64,000 nucleotides of DNA from Betaproteobacteria bacterium (GTDB taxonomy: Bacteria; Pseudomonadota; Gammaproteobacteria; Burkholderiales; CAIKXV01), in NCBI GenBank assembly GCA_947457885.1, contig CANGXU010000001.1:34471-98470 (forward strand). Direction: 5' to 3'. The notes beneath the pieces are model-generated. The model was not told where the DNA came from, ran no database searches, and saw only the letters and a program-made list of their open reading frames with translations. Numbering within the stretch: the stretch's first letter is position 1; the number at the start of each line of letters is the position of its first letter. Both the position numbers and the translations under genes were made by a program. Of the stretch, positions 46,654 to 55,557 are shown one piece after another.

Positions 46654-47865
46654 ATGAACGACGGTCCAGCCGATCCATCCGCCGCCGGTCCGGCTGCCAG
46701 GCAGGCCGGTCCGCTGTCGGGCATCCGGGTGCTCGAGTTCGGCCAGATCGCAGCCGGCCCGTTCTGCGCGATGCTGCTGGCGGACCTCGGCGCCGACGTG
46801 GTGAAGGTCGAGAAGCCGGACGGCGGGGACGACATGCGTCGCTGGCCACCGCTGAGCGAAGGGCTGGATGGATCGGCTGGCCGCTACTCCGAGAACTTCG
46901 CATCGGTCAATCGCAACAAGCGCAGCATCGCGGTCGACCTGAAGGATGCCGGGGCCGTTGCCGGGCTGCGCCGGCTGGCGGCGGTTGCAGACGTCATCGT
47001 CGAGAACTTCCGGCCCGGCGTACTCGATCGGCTGGGGCTCGGTTACGACGCGCTGCGTGCGCAGAACCCGAAGCTTGTCTACACGTCGCTGACCGGTTAC
47101 GGACAGACCGGGCCGTATGCCGGACGCGGCGCCTTCGACGTGACGATCCAGGCTGTCAGCGGCCTGATGAGCGTCACCGGCGAGCCGGGGTGCGCTGCGG
47201 TAAAGGCCGGTGTGCCGGTCGGCGATTTCGTCGCGGGCCTCTATGCCGCCTACACGACCCTTGCGGCCGTGATGGTTGCACGAGCGAGCGGCCAGGGCAC
47301 CCGGATCGACTGCTCGATGCTGGGCGGGCTGCTCGGCATCGCTCAACTGCAGACCAGCGAGTTCTTCGGCACCGGCCGCGTTCCGCAGCCGCTCGGCTCG
47401 GCGCATCCGCGCAATGCGCCGTATCGCGGATTCCACGCGTCGGACGCGCCGTTCGTGATCGCCGCCGGCAACGACAAGCTGTGGCATTCGGTATGCGAGG
47501 CCGTCGGTCTCGAGGTACTGAAGAACGACGCGCGTTTCACCACGCAGGAGCAGCGTGCCCGCAACCAGGCCGAACTCTTCGATCTGCTGCAGCCGGTGTT
47601 CGGGACGAAGCCGGTGGCGTACTGGCTCGCCGAGTTCGACCGGCGGGGCGTGCCGTACGCGCCGATCAACGACTATGCGGAGATCCTCGACGATCCGCAG
47701 GTGGCGCACCTCGGGCTGGTGCATCCGATGACCTTGCCCAACGGCCGGCAGACCCGCACGGTCGGCTTCCCGGTACGGGTCGCAGGCTTCGATTTCCGTG
47801 TGTATCGCCGCCCTCCGGCCCTCGGCGAACACAACGACGAGGTGGAGCGCGAATGGCTCGGGTGA
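46654..47865 (+). CDS. Family III (CaiB/BaiF) CoA-transferase
   Basis: GIRVLEFGQIAAGPFCAMLLADLGADVVKVE...ENFRPGVLDRLGLGYD...GVPVGDF. Confidence 0.9.
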   Translation: MNDGPADPSAAGPAARQAGPLSGIRVLEFGQIAAGPFCAMLLADLGADVVKVEKPDGGDDMRRWPPLSEGLDGSAGRYSENFASVNRNKRSIAVDLKDAGAVAGLRRLAAVADVIVENFRPGVLDRLGLGYDALRAQNPKLVYTSLTGYGQTGPYAGRGAFDVTIQAVSGLMSVTGEPGCAAVKAGVPVGDFVAGLYAAYTTLAAVMVARASGQGTRIDCSMLGGLLGIAQLQTSEFFGTGRVPQPLGSAHPRNAPYRGFHASDAPFVIAAGNDKLWHSVCEAVGLEVLKNDARFTTQEQRARNQAELFDLLQPVFGTKPVAYWLAEFDRRGVPYAPINDYAEILDDPQVAHLGLVHPMTLPNGRQTRTVGFPVRVAGFDFRVYRRPPALGEHNDEVEREWLG

Positions 47866-48581
47866 CGCTGCTTGCGCAGCCCGAAGCGGGCGTATGCACG
47901 TTGCGCCTCGACCGCGCCGACAAGGCGAACGCTCTCGATGTCGAGATGGTCGACGCCATCGGGTCGGCGCTCGATGCCGTCGCCGCCGACCCGCCGCGGC
48001 TGCTGGTGCTCGAAGGCAGCGGACGTAATTTCTGCGCCGGTTTCGACTTCAACGGCTACGACACGCTCGGTGACGGCGAACTGCTCTGGCGCTTCGTGGC
48101 GATCGAGCAGATGCTGCAGAAGTTGCGCGCGATGCCCTGCGTGACCCTTGCCTTCGTACAGGGTGGTGCGTTCGGCGCAGGGGCCGACCTGGCCGCTGCC
48201 TGCACGTTCCGCGTGGGAGTGCCGTCCGCGCGATTCCGTTTTCCCGGCTTCCAGTTCGGCCTCGCGCTGGGCACGCGCGCACTGGCTGCCCTGATCGGAC
48301 AGCAGGCCGCGCGCGGGATCCTCCTGTCCGGCGAGGTGGTCGACAGCGCGCAGGCGCTGGCGATCGGGCTGCTGACCGCTGTCGTCGATTCGGCGGACGG
48401 TTTCGCGGCCGAGGTCGATACGATCAACGCCCGTTTCGGGCGGCTGGACGCCGCCTCCGTTGCGCTGGTGCTGCGCAACACCGCAGCACGGGACGCAGAC
48501 GGCGACCTTGCAGACCTGGTGCGCTCGGTCGCAAGGCCCGGCCTGAAGCAGCGGATCGCCGCCTACCGGGGCGAAGCCTGA
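47853..48581 (+). CDS. Enoyl-CoA hydratase/isomerase (crotonase) family protein
   Basis: MARVTLLAQPEAGVCTLRLDRADKANAL...GRNFCAGFDF...GGAFGAGADLAAAC. The start overlaps the CoA-transferase 3' end by 13 nt. Confidence 0.85.
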   Translation: MARVTLLAQPEAGVCTLRLDRADKANALDVEMVDAIGSALDAVAADPPRLLVLEGSGRNFCAGFDFNGYDTLGDGELLWRFVAIEQMLQKLRAMPCVTLAFVQGGAFGAGADLAAACTFRVGVPSARFRFPGFQFGLALGTRALAALIGQQAARGILLSGEVVDSAQALAIGLLTAVVDSADGFAAEVDTINARFGRLDAASVALVLRNTAARDADGDLADLVRSVARPGLKQRIAAYRGEA

Positions 48582-48672
48582 GCAGGGCCGGCGGACACGC
48601 GTCCGCTGCTCAAGCCGTGTCGACCACGGCCCGAAATTGCACGATGGATGTTTTCGAGATGAGGGATATACC

Positions 48673-49434
48673 GTGAACCGACTTCCCGCGGCACTGGCCG
48701 CACCCATACTGGCCATCCTGCTGGCGCTGGCGGGAGGTTCCGGCATCGCTGCCGCGCAGACCCCGGAAGACAACCTGCGCAAGCTGATCGAGGCAAAGAT
48801 GCCCGGCGAACGCGTGCGCGAGATCCGGCGGACCCCGCTGCCCGGCGTGTACGAGGTCGCGTTCGGCAATCGTCTCTTCTATACGGACGAGGGGCTGAAC
48901 TACCTCATCGTAGGCCAGATCATCGAATCGGCCACCAATCGCAACCTTACCGACCAGCGCCTGCGTCAGCTCACCGCGATCGACGTGAAGCTGCTGCCGC
49001 TCGACGCTGCGATCAAGACCGTCAAGGGCGATGGCAGGCGGACCCTGTACGTGTTCTCGGACCCGCTCTGTCCGTTCTGCAGCCAGCTCGAACAGGAACT
49101 GCAGAAGGTCACCAACGTCACGGTGTATACATTCCTCACCCCGGTCGAGCAGATGCGGCCCGGCTCGCGCAACCGTGCGCTCGAGATCTGGTGCTCGAGC
49201 GACCGCCGACGCGCCTGGGACGAGTGGATGCTGAAGCAGGTCGCCCCGGTCTCGAAGCCGACCTGTCGCAATCCGCTCGAACAGGTCGTCAAGCTTTCCG
49301 ACAAGCTCGGATTCACCGTGACCCCGACGCTGGTGTTCGCCGACGGCGCGGTGCTGTCTGGGATGATTCCGGCCGCCCAGATCGAGAAGTTCATGAATGC
49401 AGTGTCTCCGCCGCCCGCTCCAGCGAAGAAGTAG
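48673..49434 (+). CDS. DsbC/DsbG-family periplasmic thiol:disulfide isomerase
   Basis: GAGGGA-N6-GTG at 48673. Signal peptide, N-terminal dimerisation domain, and a thioredoxin fold with the CPFC active site (FSDPLCPFCSQLE). Confidence 0.85.
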   Translation: MNRLPAALAAPILAILLALAGGSGIAAAQTPEDNLRKLIEAKMPGERVREIRRTPLPGVYEVAFGNRLFYTDEGLNYLIVGQIIESATNRNLTDQRLRQLTAIDVKLLPLDAAIKTVKGDGRRTLYVFSDPLCPFCSQLEQELQKVTNVTVYTFLTPVEQMRPGSRNRALEIWCSSDRRRAWDEWMLKQVAPVSKPTCRNPLEQVVKLSDKLGFTVTPTLVFADGAVLSGMIPAAQIEKFMNAVSPPPAPAKK

Positions 49435-49510
49435 CGCATTCGCGTGGTCGGGCCGATCGGTTAGAATCGGAGCCACGACAGACGCGATTGCCGAGCGCGC
49501 AGTGGAAGTT

Positions 49511-49531
49511 TCGATGCCAGGGAGGCATCGA
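49511..49531 (+). promoter_or_regulatory. Hairpin TCGATGCC-AGGGA-GGCATCGA that sequesters the Shine-Dalgarno of the first MFS gene
   Basis: Perfect 8-bp stem. The loop plus 3' arm contain AGGGAGG, the only SD-like element before the ATG at 49537. Confidence 0.3.
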
Positions 49532-49536
49532 CCCGG

Positions 49537-50676
49537 ATGGTGTTGTATCTGACGATCGGCTTGCCCGTGCTTTGCATCATCGCACTCAAGGGCAGCACCG
49601 TGGTGGTTTCCCTCTACGCGCTCGAGCTCGGCGCGGGCTCGGCAACGATCGGCATCCTGATCGGGCTGTATGCGTTGTTCCCGACGCTGCTCTCGGTCGC
49701 ATCCGGGCGGTTGCTCGACCGGGTCGGCTACCTGCCGCCGATCGCCTGGGGCAGCGTCGGCGTCATCGGCGGGCTGCTGGTGCCGGTGCTGATGCCCAAC
49801 ATGATCGGGCTCGTGATCTCGGCGGCGCTGCTCGGTCTGTCGAACGTGTACTTCATCGTGCCGATGCAGAGCCTGGTCAACCGCATTGCCACGGGCGCTG
49901 ATCGCGCGCGCAACGTCGCCAACTTCAGTCTCGCGGTGTCCATCGGCCAACTGGTCGGGCCAGTACTTGCGGGCTTCCTCATCGACGCGATCGGCCACCG
50001 GTTCTCGTACCTTGTGCTGGCGATGCTGCCGCTGGGCACGCTCGCCATGCTCTACCGTATGCGCGATGCGCTGCCGCCGAAGCCGGGCGCCGATGGCCCG
50101 GTCGAGAAGCCCGACCTGCTCGGCATGCTGTCCAACCGCGGATTGCGCGCGATCTTCATCACCAGCGCGATCGCGGTAGCCAGCTTCGACCTGTACTCGT
50201 TCTTCCTGCCGATCTATGGCCACTCGATCGGTCTCTCGGCCTCTGCGATCGGGCTCGTGCTGGGCACGTTCGCCGCGGCCGCCTTCGTGATCCGCGCGAT
50301 CATGCCCTGGCTGATCAAGCGCATGGGCGAGGCCGGGCTGCTGGTGCGCTCGCTGCTGTTGTCGGGGATCGCCTACCTCCTGTTCCCGTTCGTCAGCAGC
50401 GTGTGGCTGCTCGCGCTGCTGTCGTTCGTACTCGGGCTGGGGGTGGGCTGCGGACAGCCCCTGACGATGATGATGTGCTACAACCGGGCCCCGCCGGGGC
50501 GCTCGGGCGAGGCGCTGGGCGTGCGCTTCACCATCGTCAACCTCACCCACATGACGATCCCGGTGCTGTTCGGCACGATGGGCGCGGCACTCGGTCTTCT
50601 CTTCGTGTTCTGGGCCAAGGGCGCGCTGCTGGTCGGTAGCGCTGCGGCCGGATCGGTCCTGGAGCGCCGGCGTTGA
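49537..50676 (+). CDS. MFS transporter (paralog A)
   Basis: 379 aa, about 12 TM segments, GRLLDRVG loop 2-3 motif. This is the only start codon in frame after the upstream stop at 49462. Confidence 0.88.
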   Translation: MVLYLTIGLPVLCIIALKGSTVVVSLYALELGAGSATIGILIGLYALFPTLLSVASGRLLDRVGYLPPIAWGSVGVIGGLLVPVLMPNMIGLVISAALLGLSNVYFIVPMQSLVNRIATGADRARNVANFSLAVSIGQLVGPVLAGFLIDAIGHRFSYLVLAMLPLGTLAMLYRMRDALPPKPGADGPVEKPDLLGMLSNRGLRAIFITSAIAVASFDLYSFFLPIYGHSIGLSASAIGLVLGTFAAAAFVIRAIMPWLIKRMGEAGLLVRSLLLSGIAYLLFPFVSSVWLLALLSFVLGLGVGCGQPLTMMMCYNRAPPGRSGEALGVRFTIVNLTHMTIPVLFGTMGAALGLLFVFWAKGALLVGSAAAGSVLERRR

Positions 50677-51869
50677 CCATCGTTCATGTGACGATGATCG
50701 TCATGCTCACCCACCTGGGGGTGATCGGTGCGAAGCTGCTGCTCGCCCTGTTCGCCATCGACCTTGGCGCCTCGCCGGTGCAGGTGGGCCTGACCTTCGC
50801 CCTGTTCTCGATCCTGCCGGCGATCTTCGCAATCAGCGCGGGGCGCTGGGTCGACCGCATCGGCGTGCGGGCGCCGCTGCTGATCGGCTGCGGCGGTGCC
50901 GGTCTCGCGATCACCGTGGTGTTCTTCGCGCCGGGACTGTGGGCGCTTTATCCCTGCGCGGCCCTGATCGGCGTGTTCTTCATGGTCTACGCGGTCGCCG
51001 GCCAGAGCCTGGTCGGCAGCCTCGGGGAGACAAGCGACCGCACGCGCAACTTCAGCTACTACTCGCTCGCGGTTGCCCTGGCCGGCGTGATCGGCCGGGC
51101 CGGCACCGGTGCGTCGATCGACCTGATCGGCCATCGCGCGACCGCGCTGGTGCTCGCGTTGGCTCCGCTGGCCGCGCTGGCCATGGCGTGGTGGCTGCGC
51201 TCGCGCACGCCGGTGGCTCTCTCCCCGTCGGAACGTCCGCCGCGCGCATCGGTCCGTGACCTGTGGAAGATCCCGGCGCTGCGCCGGGCGCTGATCGCGG
51301 CGGCGATCGTCGAGTCGGGCAATGAGCTGTTCGCGCTGTTCATTCCGCTCTACGGTTCATCGCTCGGGCTGTCGGCCACCTTCATCGGCATGCTGCTGGC
51401 GACCTATGCCGCTGCAACCTTCGTGGTGCGCATCGCACTGCCGCGCCTGGTCGCGCGTTTCGGAGAAGAGGGAGTGCTCTGCGGCGCCCTCGGCTGCGCC
51501 GCCCTGGTCGGCATGCTGTTGATCAGTACCGCGCAGCCCTGGGCGCTGCTCGCACTGGCTGCCGCGTTCGGGTTCTCGCTCGGCTGTGGCATGCCGCTGT
51601 CGATGGCGCTGACCTACGCGCGTGCCCCTGACGGGCGCGCCGCGGAGGCGATCGGCATGCGCCAGACGGTGAACAAGTCGATCGAAGTGACCGTTCCGGT
51701 CTGCTTCGGTGCACTGGCCGGAGTCGCCGGGCTGGCGCCGCTCGCGGTAGCCCTGAGCGTTGTGCTCGCGGTCGGCGCGGGCGTGATCGCACGCGACGCG
51801 CGCCGGCGCCCGTCGCCGCCAGGGCCGGCGCGGTCCAGGCCGCGATCAGGACCCGGGGCGCACCGATGA
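50673..51869 (+). CDS. MFS transporter (paralog B)
   Basis: Colinear with paralog A (GRWVDRIG). A TTG at 50673 overlaps the upstream stop (TTGA). Alternative starts are GTG 50688 and ATG 50694. Confidence 0.85.
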   Translation: MTIVHVTMIVMLTHLGVIGAKLLLALFAIDLGASPVQVGLTFALFSILPAIFAISAGRWVDRIGVRAPLLIGCGGAGLAITVVFFAPGLWALYPCAALIGVFFMVYAVAGQSLVGSLGETSDRTRNFSYYSLAVALAGVIGRAGTGASIDLIGHRATALVLALAPLAALAMAWWLRSRTPVALSPSERPPRASVRDLWKIPALRRALIAAAIVESGNELFALFIPLYGSSLGLSATFIGMLLATYAAATFVVRIALPRLVARFGEEGVLCGALGCAALVGMLLISTAQPWALLALAAAFGFSLGCGMPLSMALTYARAPDGRAAEAIGMRQTVNKSIEVTVPVCFGALAGVAGLAPLAVALSVVLAVGAGVIARDARRRPSPPGPARSRPRSGPGAHR

Positions 51870-53179
51870 AGTTCCTGTCCGACCAGCTTGCGCCCGGCGT
51901 GCGCCCGCGCGAGGCGGTGTCGTGGGCGATGTACGACTTCGCGAACTCGGGTTACACCACGGTGGTGGTGACCGCCGTGTTCAACGCCTATTTCGTCGGC
52001 GTGGTCGCCGCCGGCCATTCTTGGGCGACCTTCGCTTGGACGATGTCGCTCGCGGTGTCTTACGCCGCGACCATCCTGCTCGGTCCGCTGATCGGCACCT
52101 ATGCCGATCTGTACGGATGCAAGAAGCGGCTGCTCCTGTTCACCACCATCGGCTGCGTCCTCTTCACCGCTTCGCTGGCGCTGGTCGGTCGCGGCGATAT
52201 CTGGCTGGGTATTGTGCTGGTCGCGCTGTCGAACCTGTTTTTCAGCCTTGGCGAGAACCTCGCGGGGGCCTTCCTGCCCGACATCGCACGGCCGGAATCG
52301 CTCGGGCGGCTGTCCGGCTGGGGGTGGTCGGTCGGCTACCTCGGCGGGCTGGTCAGTCTGGCTGCAAGCCTTGCGTGGGTGTCGCATGCGCAGGTTGCCG
52401 GGCATGGCGGCGATGCCTTCGTGCCCGTGTGCATGCTGATCACGGCGGTCATCTTCGCGCTGGCCTCGCTGCCGGCCTTTCTGTTCCTGCGCGAGCGCAG
52501 CACCGTGCAGCCACCCGCGGCCGGCGATTCGATTCCGTGGCGGGCCGCCTTCACGCAGTTCGGGCACTCGCTGCGTTTGCTGCGCAGCTTCCCCGACCTG
52601 CGGCGCTTCCTCTGGTGCATCGTCTGCTACCAGGCTGGTGTGCAGACTGTGGTGGCGCTGGCCGCCATCTATGCCGAGCAGGTGCTGAAGTTCGAAACCG
52701 CCGACACGATCAAGCTTATCCTGCTGGTCAACATCACCGCGGCGGCCGGAGCGGCAGCCTTCGGGCAGGTGCAGGACCGGCTCGGACATGCACGCACGCT
52801 GGCGATAACGCTGTTCGGCTGGCTGCTCGCGATCGGACTCGCCTGGGCGTCGACCGGACCAGGCATGTTCTGGATCGCCGCGAACGTGGTTGGCATCTGC
52901 CTGGGCGCCAGCCAGTCCGCAGGGCGCGCACTGGTCGGCTACTTCAGTCCGGCCGAACGCCGCGCCGAGTTCTTCGGTCTGTGGGGCGTCGCGGTCAAGC
53001 TGGCCTCTATCCTCGGTCCCGTCAGCTACGGGCTGGTGAGCTGGGCCTCCGGCGGCGAACACCGCCTGGCGATGCTGATCACCGGCGCGTTCTTCATCGC
53101 CGGACTGGCCGTGCTGCGCTCGGTGGATGTGGCGCGCGGCCGTTGCCGGGCGCTGGTGCCGGCACCGATTCTGTCCTGA
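51866..53179 (+). CDS. MFS transporter, UMF1 (Atg22-like) family
   Basis: WAMYDFANSGYTTVVVTAVFNAYF is the UMF1 N-terminal signature. The start overlaps the upstream stop (ATGA). Confidence 0.85.
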   Translation: MKFLSDQLAPGVRPREAVSWAMYDFANSGYTTVVVTAVFNAYFVGVVAAGHSWATFAWTMSLAVSYAATILLGPLIGTYADLYGCKKRLLLFTTIGCVLFTASLALVGRGDIWLGIVLVALSNLFFSLGENLAGAFLPDIARPESLGRLSGWGWSVGYLGGLVSLAASLAWVSHAQVAGHGGDAFVPVCMLITAVIFALASLPAFLFLRERSTVQPPAAGDSIPWRAAFTQFGHSLRLLRSFPDLRRFLWCIVCYQAGVQTVVALAAIYAEQVLKFETADTIKLILLVNITAAAGAAAFGQVQDRLGHARTLAITLFGWLLAIGLAWASTGPGMFWIAANVVGICLGASQSAGRALVGYFSPAERRAEFFGLWGVAVKLASILGPVSYGLVSWASGGEHRLAMLITGAFFIAGLAVLRSVDVARGRCRALVPAPILS

Positions 53180-53293
53180 CCTGCACGAAGTCTGCCGGGA
53201 TGTCCGTGACATATGCCCTCGAAACAGGTGCGGCCTGATGTTAGCGTGAGAAGTTGAAGAGTCTTATGGCGGCGTCGCCGCTGCCCACGCGGA

Positions 53294-54841
53294 ATGGATG
53301 TCAAGATGTTCGGATGGACTGCCGACGAGCCGGACCACCCGCTGGCCGATCCGCACACGGCGCGCCAGATCATCAACGAGCTGCGCGGTGGAGACCCGGT
53401 CTCCCAGCTGGACGAAGCCATTGGTCACCTCGAGTCCCTGCCGCGCGTCGAGGGCTTCCGGCTGGTCAGGCTTTACGAGGTTATCGACCTGCTCGACCAG
53501 GCAGCCAAGCCGCACCAGCGGCGGATCACCGCCGACTACATCGGCGCATCACGCCTGGCGCACCATCAGGAGAACCGTCTCTGGAAGTCCGCTGCCGACT
53601 TCTGGCGCTCGCTTGCGCAGGCCTACCTGCGTTGCCTCGAGATCTTCCGGTCGAATCCGAAGGAGGCCCGCACCTTCGACGCGATGCTGCCGATCTGCTG
53701 CGCGCGCGTGATGCGGGCGCTCGGAGCCGAGGTGAAGTGGCTGTTCCTGCGTCACGGGCCGGTGCCGCAGCACCTGTGGTCGCATGCCTCCAGCGCCTTC
53801 GCGCTCGCGGAGGCCAGCGGTATCGCGCTGCAGCCGATCCGTGTCTACGAGGTCTCGCACAGCGATACGACGGTGCAGCAGGAATACCTGCGCCTGCTGG
53901 TCCTGGGGGCAGCCTCCACCGACACGCTGCATCCGGCGCAGTTGGAACTCGCCGAGCGCGCGATTGCGTGGTTCTCGCGCAGCTTCGTGCTGAGCGCGAA
54001 CCGCAGTGGCGAGACCACGCACTACGTCGATCTTGCTGCCCGGCGTCCGCCGGCACGGCTCATGCAGTCGGTGGCGCCAGCTCCCAGCCTGCGCTACTTC
54101 GGGATATCGAAGGCCCGTGCCGAGATCGTCTCGCTGCTGCGCGTGGTGAAAGAGCGGGAATTGATCCCCGAGTCGGTGCTCCTCGGGGAATTGCATTCTG
54201 TGCCGCTGGTCATCACGACCCTGGAACACCTGCTGCGCGAGTTCGGCGCCCGTGCGCCGGCGCGCATTCGCGAGCGCCGCGCAGGCGCCGTGCGCCTGAT
54301 GGTCGCCCACGGCTACAGGGCGGTGCTCGAAACCATCCAGCGCGATGCGCGGCGCGAGCCGCTGCGGTCGATCGACATCGAGACATGGATGGCCGCCGAC
54401 TCGAGCCCGGGCGGCTACGGCGCGACGATCCGCTACATGCGTGGTGACTGGGTGAAGCTGGGTGCGTTCGTGGGCATCAAGCTGGAAGAGGCGCCCTACT
54501 GGGGTATCGGTGTCGTGCGCCGGATCAACCGCGCGAACGAGACCGACCACCATGTCGGTGTACAGCTGCTGGCAGCAGCGGCGTTGCCGGTCGAACTCAT
54601 GCCTGCGCCGCAGGAGCCGACGGTCGACGCCGAGCCGCGGCACGCGCTGCTGCTGTCGGAGCGCCCGGACGAAAACGGTGAGGTCGACCTCGCGATCGAG
54701 GTTGGCGCCTTCTCGAGCAGCGTCCGCTTCATCGTCAGGATCAAGGACAAGCCCTATCTGCTGGTGGCTTCGCGTCTGGTGGAGGCGGGGGATGACTTCG
54801 ATATCGCCCGCTTCAGGGTGCAGCGCACCCAGGCTGCCTGA
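53294..54841 (+). CDS. Hypothetical 515-aa protein; C-terminal region with a PilZ-like RxxxR...DxSxxG pattern
   Basis: Clean ORF with good GC3. Residues about 320-430 read RIRERR / RDARR ... DSSPGGYGATI ... GIGVVRRI ... HVGVQLL. I cannot assign the N-terminal 300 aa. Alternative start is at 53306. Confidence 0.7.
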   Translation: MDVKMFGWTADEPDHPLADPHTARQIINELRGGDPVSQLDEAIGHLESLPRVEGFRLVRLYEVIDLLDQAAKPHQRRITADYIGASRLAHHQENRLWKSAADFWRSLAQAYLRCLEIFRSNPKEARTFDAMLPICCARVMRALGAEVKWLFLRHGPVPQHLWSHASSAFALAEASGIALQPIRVYEVSHSDTTVQQEYLRLLVLGAASTDTLHPAQLELAERAIAWFSRSFVLSANRSGETTHYVDLAARRPPARLMQSVAPAPSLRYFGISKARAEIVSLLRVVKERELIPESVLLGELHSVPLVITTLEHLLREFGARAPARIRERRAGAVRLMVAHGYRAVLETIQRDARREPLRSIDIETWMAADSSPGGYGATIRYMRGDWVKLGAFVGIKLEEAPYWGIGVVRRINRANETDHHVGVQLLAAAALPVELMPAPQEPTVDAEPRHALLLSERPDENGEVDLAIEVGAFSSSVRFIVRIKDKPYLLVASRLVEAGDDFDIARFRVQRTQAA

Positions 54842-54850
54842 ACGTCTGTT

Positions 54851-55549
54851 TCAGCCAGCCAGCACCCTGACCAGCCAGTCGCGGATATCGATTACTTCCT
54901 GAGGGTGCACCGAGTGCGGCATCCGGTACTCGTGCCATTCGACCGGGTAGCCCAGCGCCTGCAGCCGTTCGACCGACGCGTTCGCCATTTCGATCGGAAT
55001 GACAGGATCCGCCGTGCCGTGCGCGAAGAAGACCGGCACCTGCCGGTTGGCTTCTGCTGCTTCGGCCGGCAGCGACTCTCCCAGTGGCAGGTAGGTCGAC
55101 AGCGCCATGATCCCGGCCAGGCGGCGGGCATGGCGCAGGCCGGTCGCAAGCGCGATCGCGCCGCCCTGGGAGAAGCCTGCGATCGCGATCCGTTCAGACG
55201 CCACGCCGCGCCTTACCTCGCGCTCGATCAGGCGCTCGATGTGCGCGATCGACGCGCGCACACCAGCCTCGTCCGGACGGCGTGAGCGGCCTTCCAGGTC
55301 GCCGAAGGCCACGTCGTACCAGGCCCGCATCACATGGCCGTTGTTGATCGTCACCGGCTGCATCGGCGCATTCGGGAACACGAAGTTCACCGCCAGAGAC
55401 GGTGGCAGCCGCAACTCGGGCACGATCGCCTCGAAGTCGTGGCCATCGGCGCCCAGCCCGTGCATCCAGATCACCGCGGCCTGCGGGATCGAGCCTTTCG
55501 GCCCGGTGGCGAGTTCGATCGTTTCGAGCAGTTCGGTCGATGCCGACAT
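54851..55549 (-). CDS. Carboxylesterase/phospholipase-type alpha/beta hydrolase (esterase II-like)
   Basis: Start MSASTELLE at 55549. WMHGLGADGHDF, nucleophile elbow GFSQGGA, then HGTADPVIP and the catalytic His in MPHSV. Confidence 0.88.
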   Translation of the reverse strand: MSASTELLETIELATGPKGSIPQAAVIWMHGLGADGHDFEAIVPELRLPPSLAVNFVFPNAPMQPVTINNGHVMRAWYDVAFGDLEGRSRRPDEAGVRASIAHIERLIEREVRRGVASERIAIAGFSQGGAIALATGLRHARRLAGIMALSTYLPLGESLPAEAAEANRQVPVFFAHGTADPVIPIEMANASVERLQALGYPVEWHEYRMPHSVHPQEVIDIRDWLVRVLAG

Positions 55550-55557
55550 GGTGTCCC

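Noticed and set aside
45598-47832. 744-aa ORF suggesting a large fusion protein
   Set aside because: Only the C-terminal 319 aa (start at 46557 with a GAGGAG SD) match the ornithine cyclodeaminase family. The upstream 425 codons are antisense to the CoA-transferase gene.
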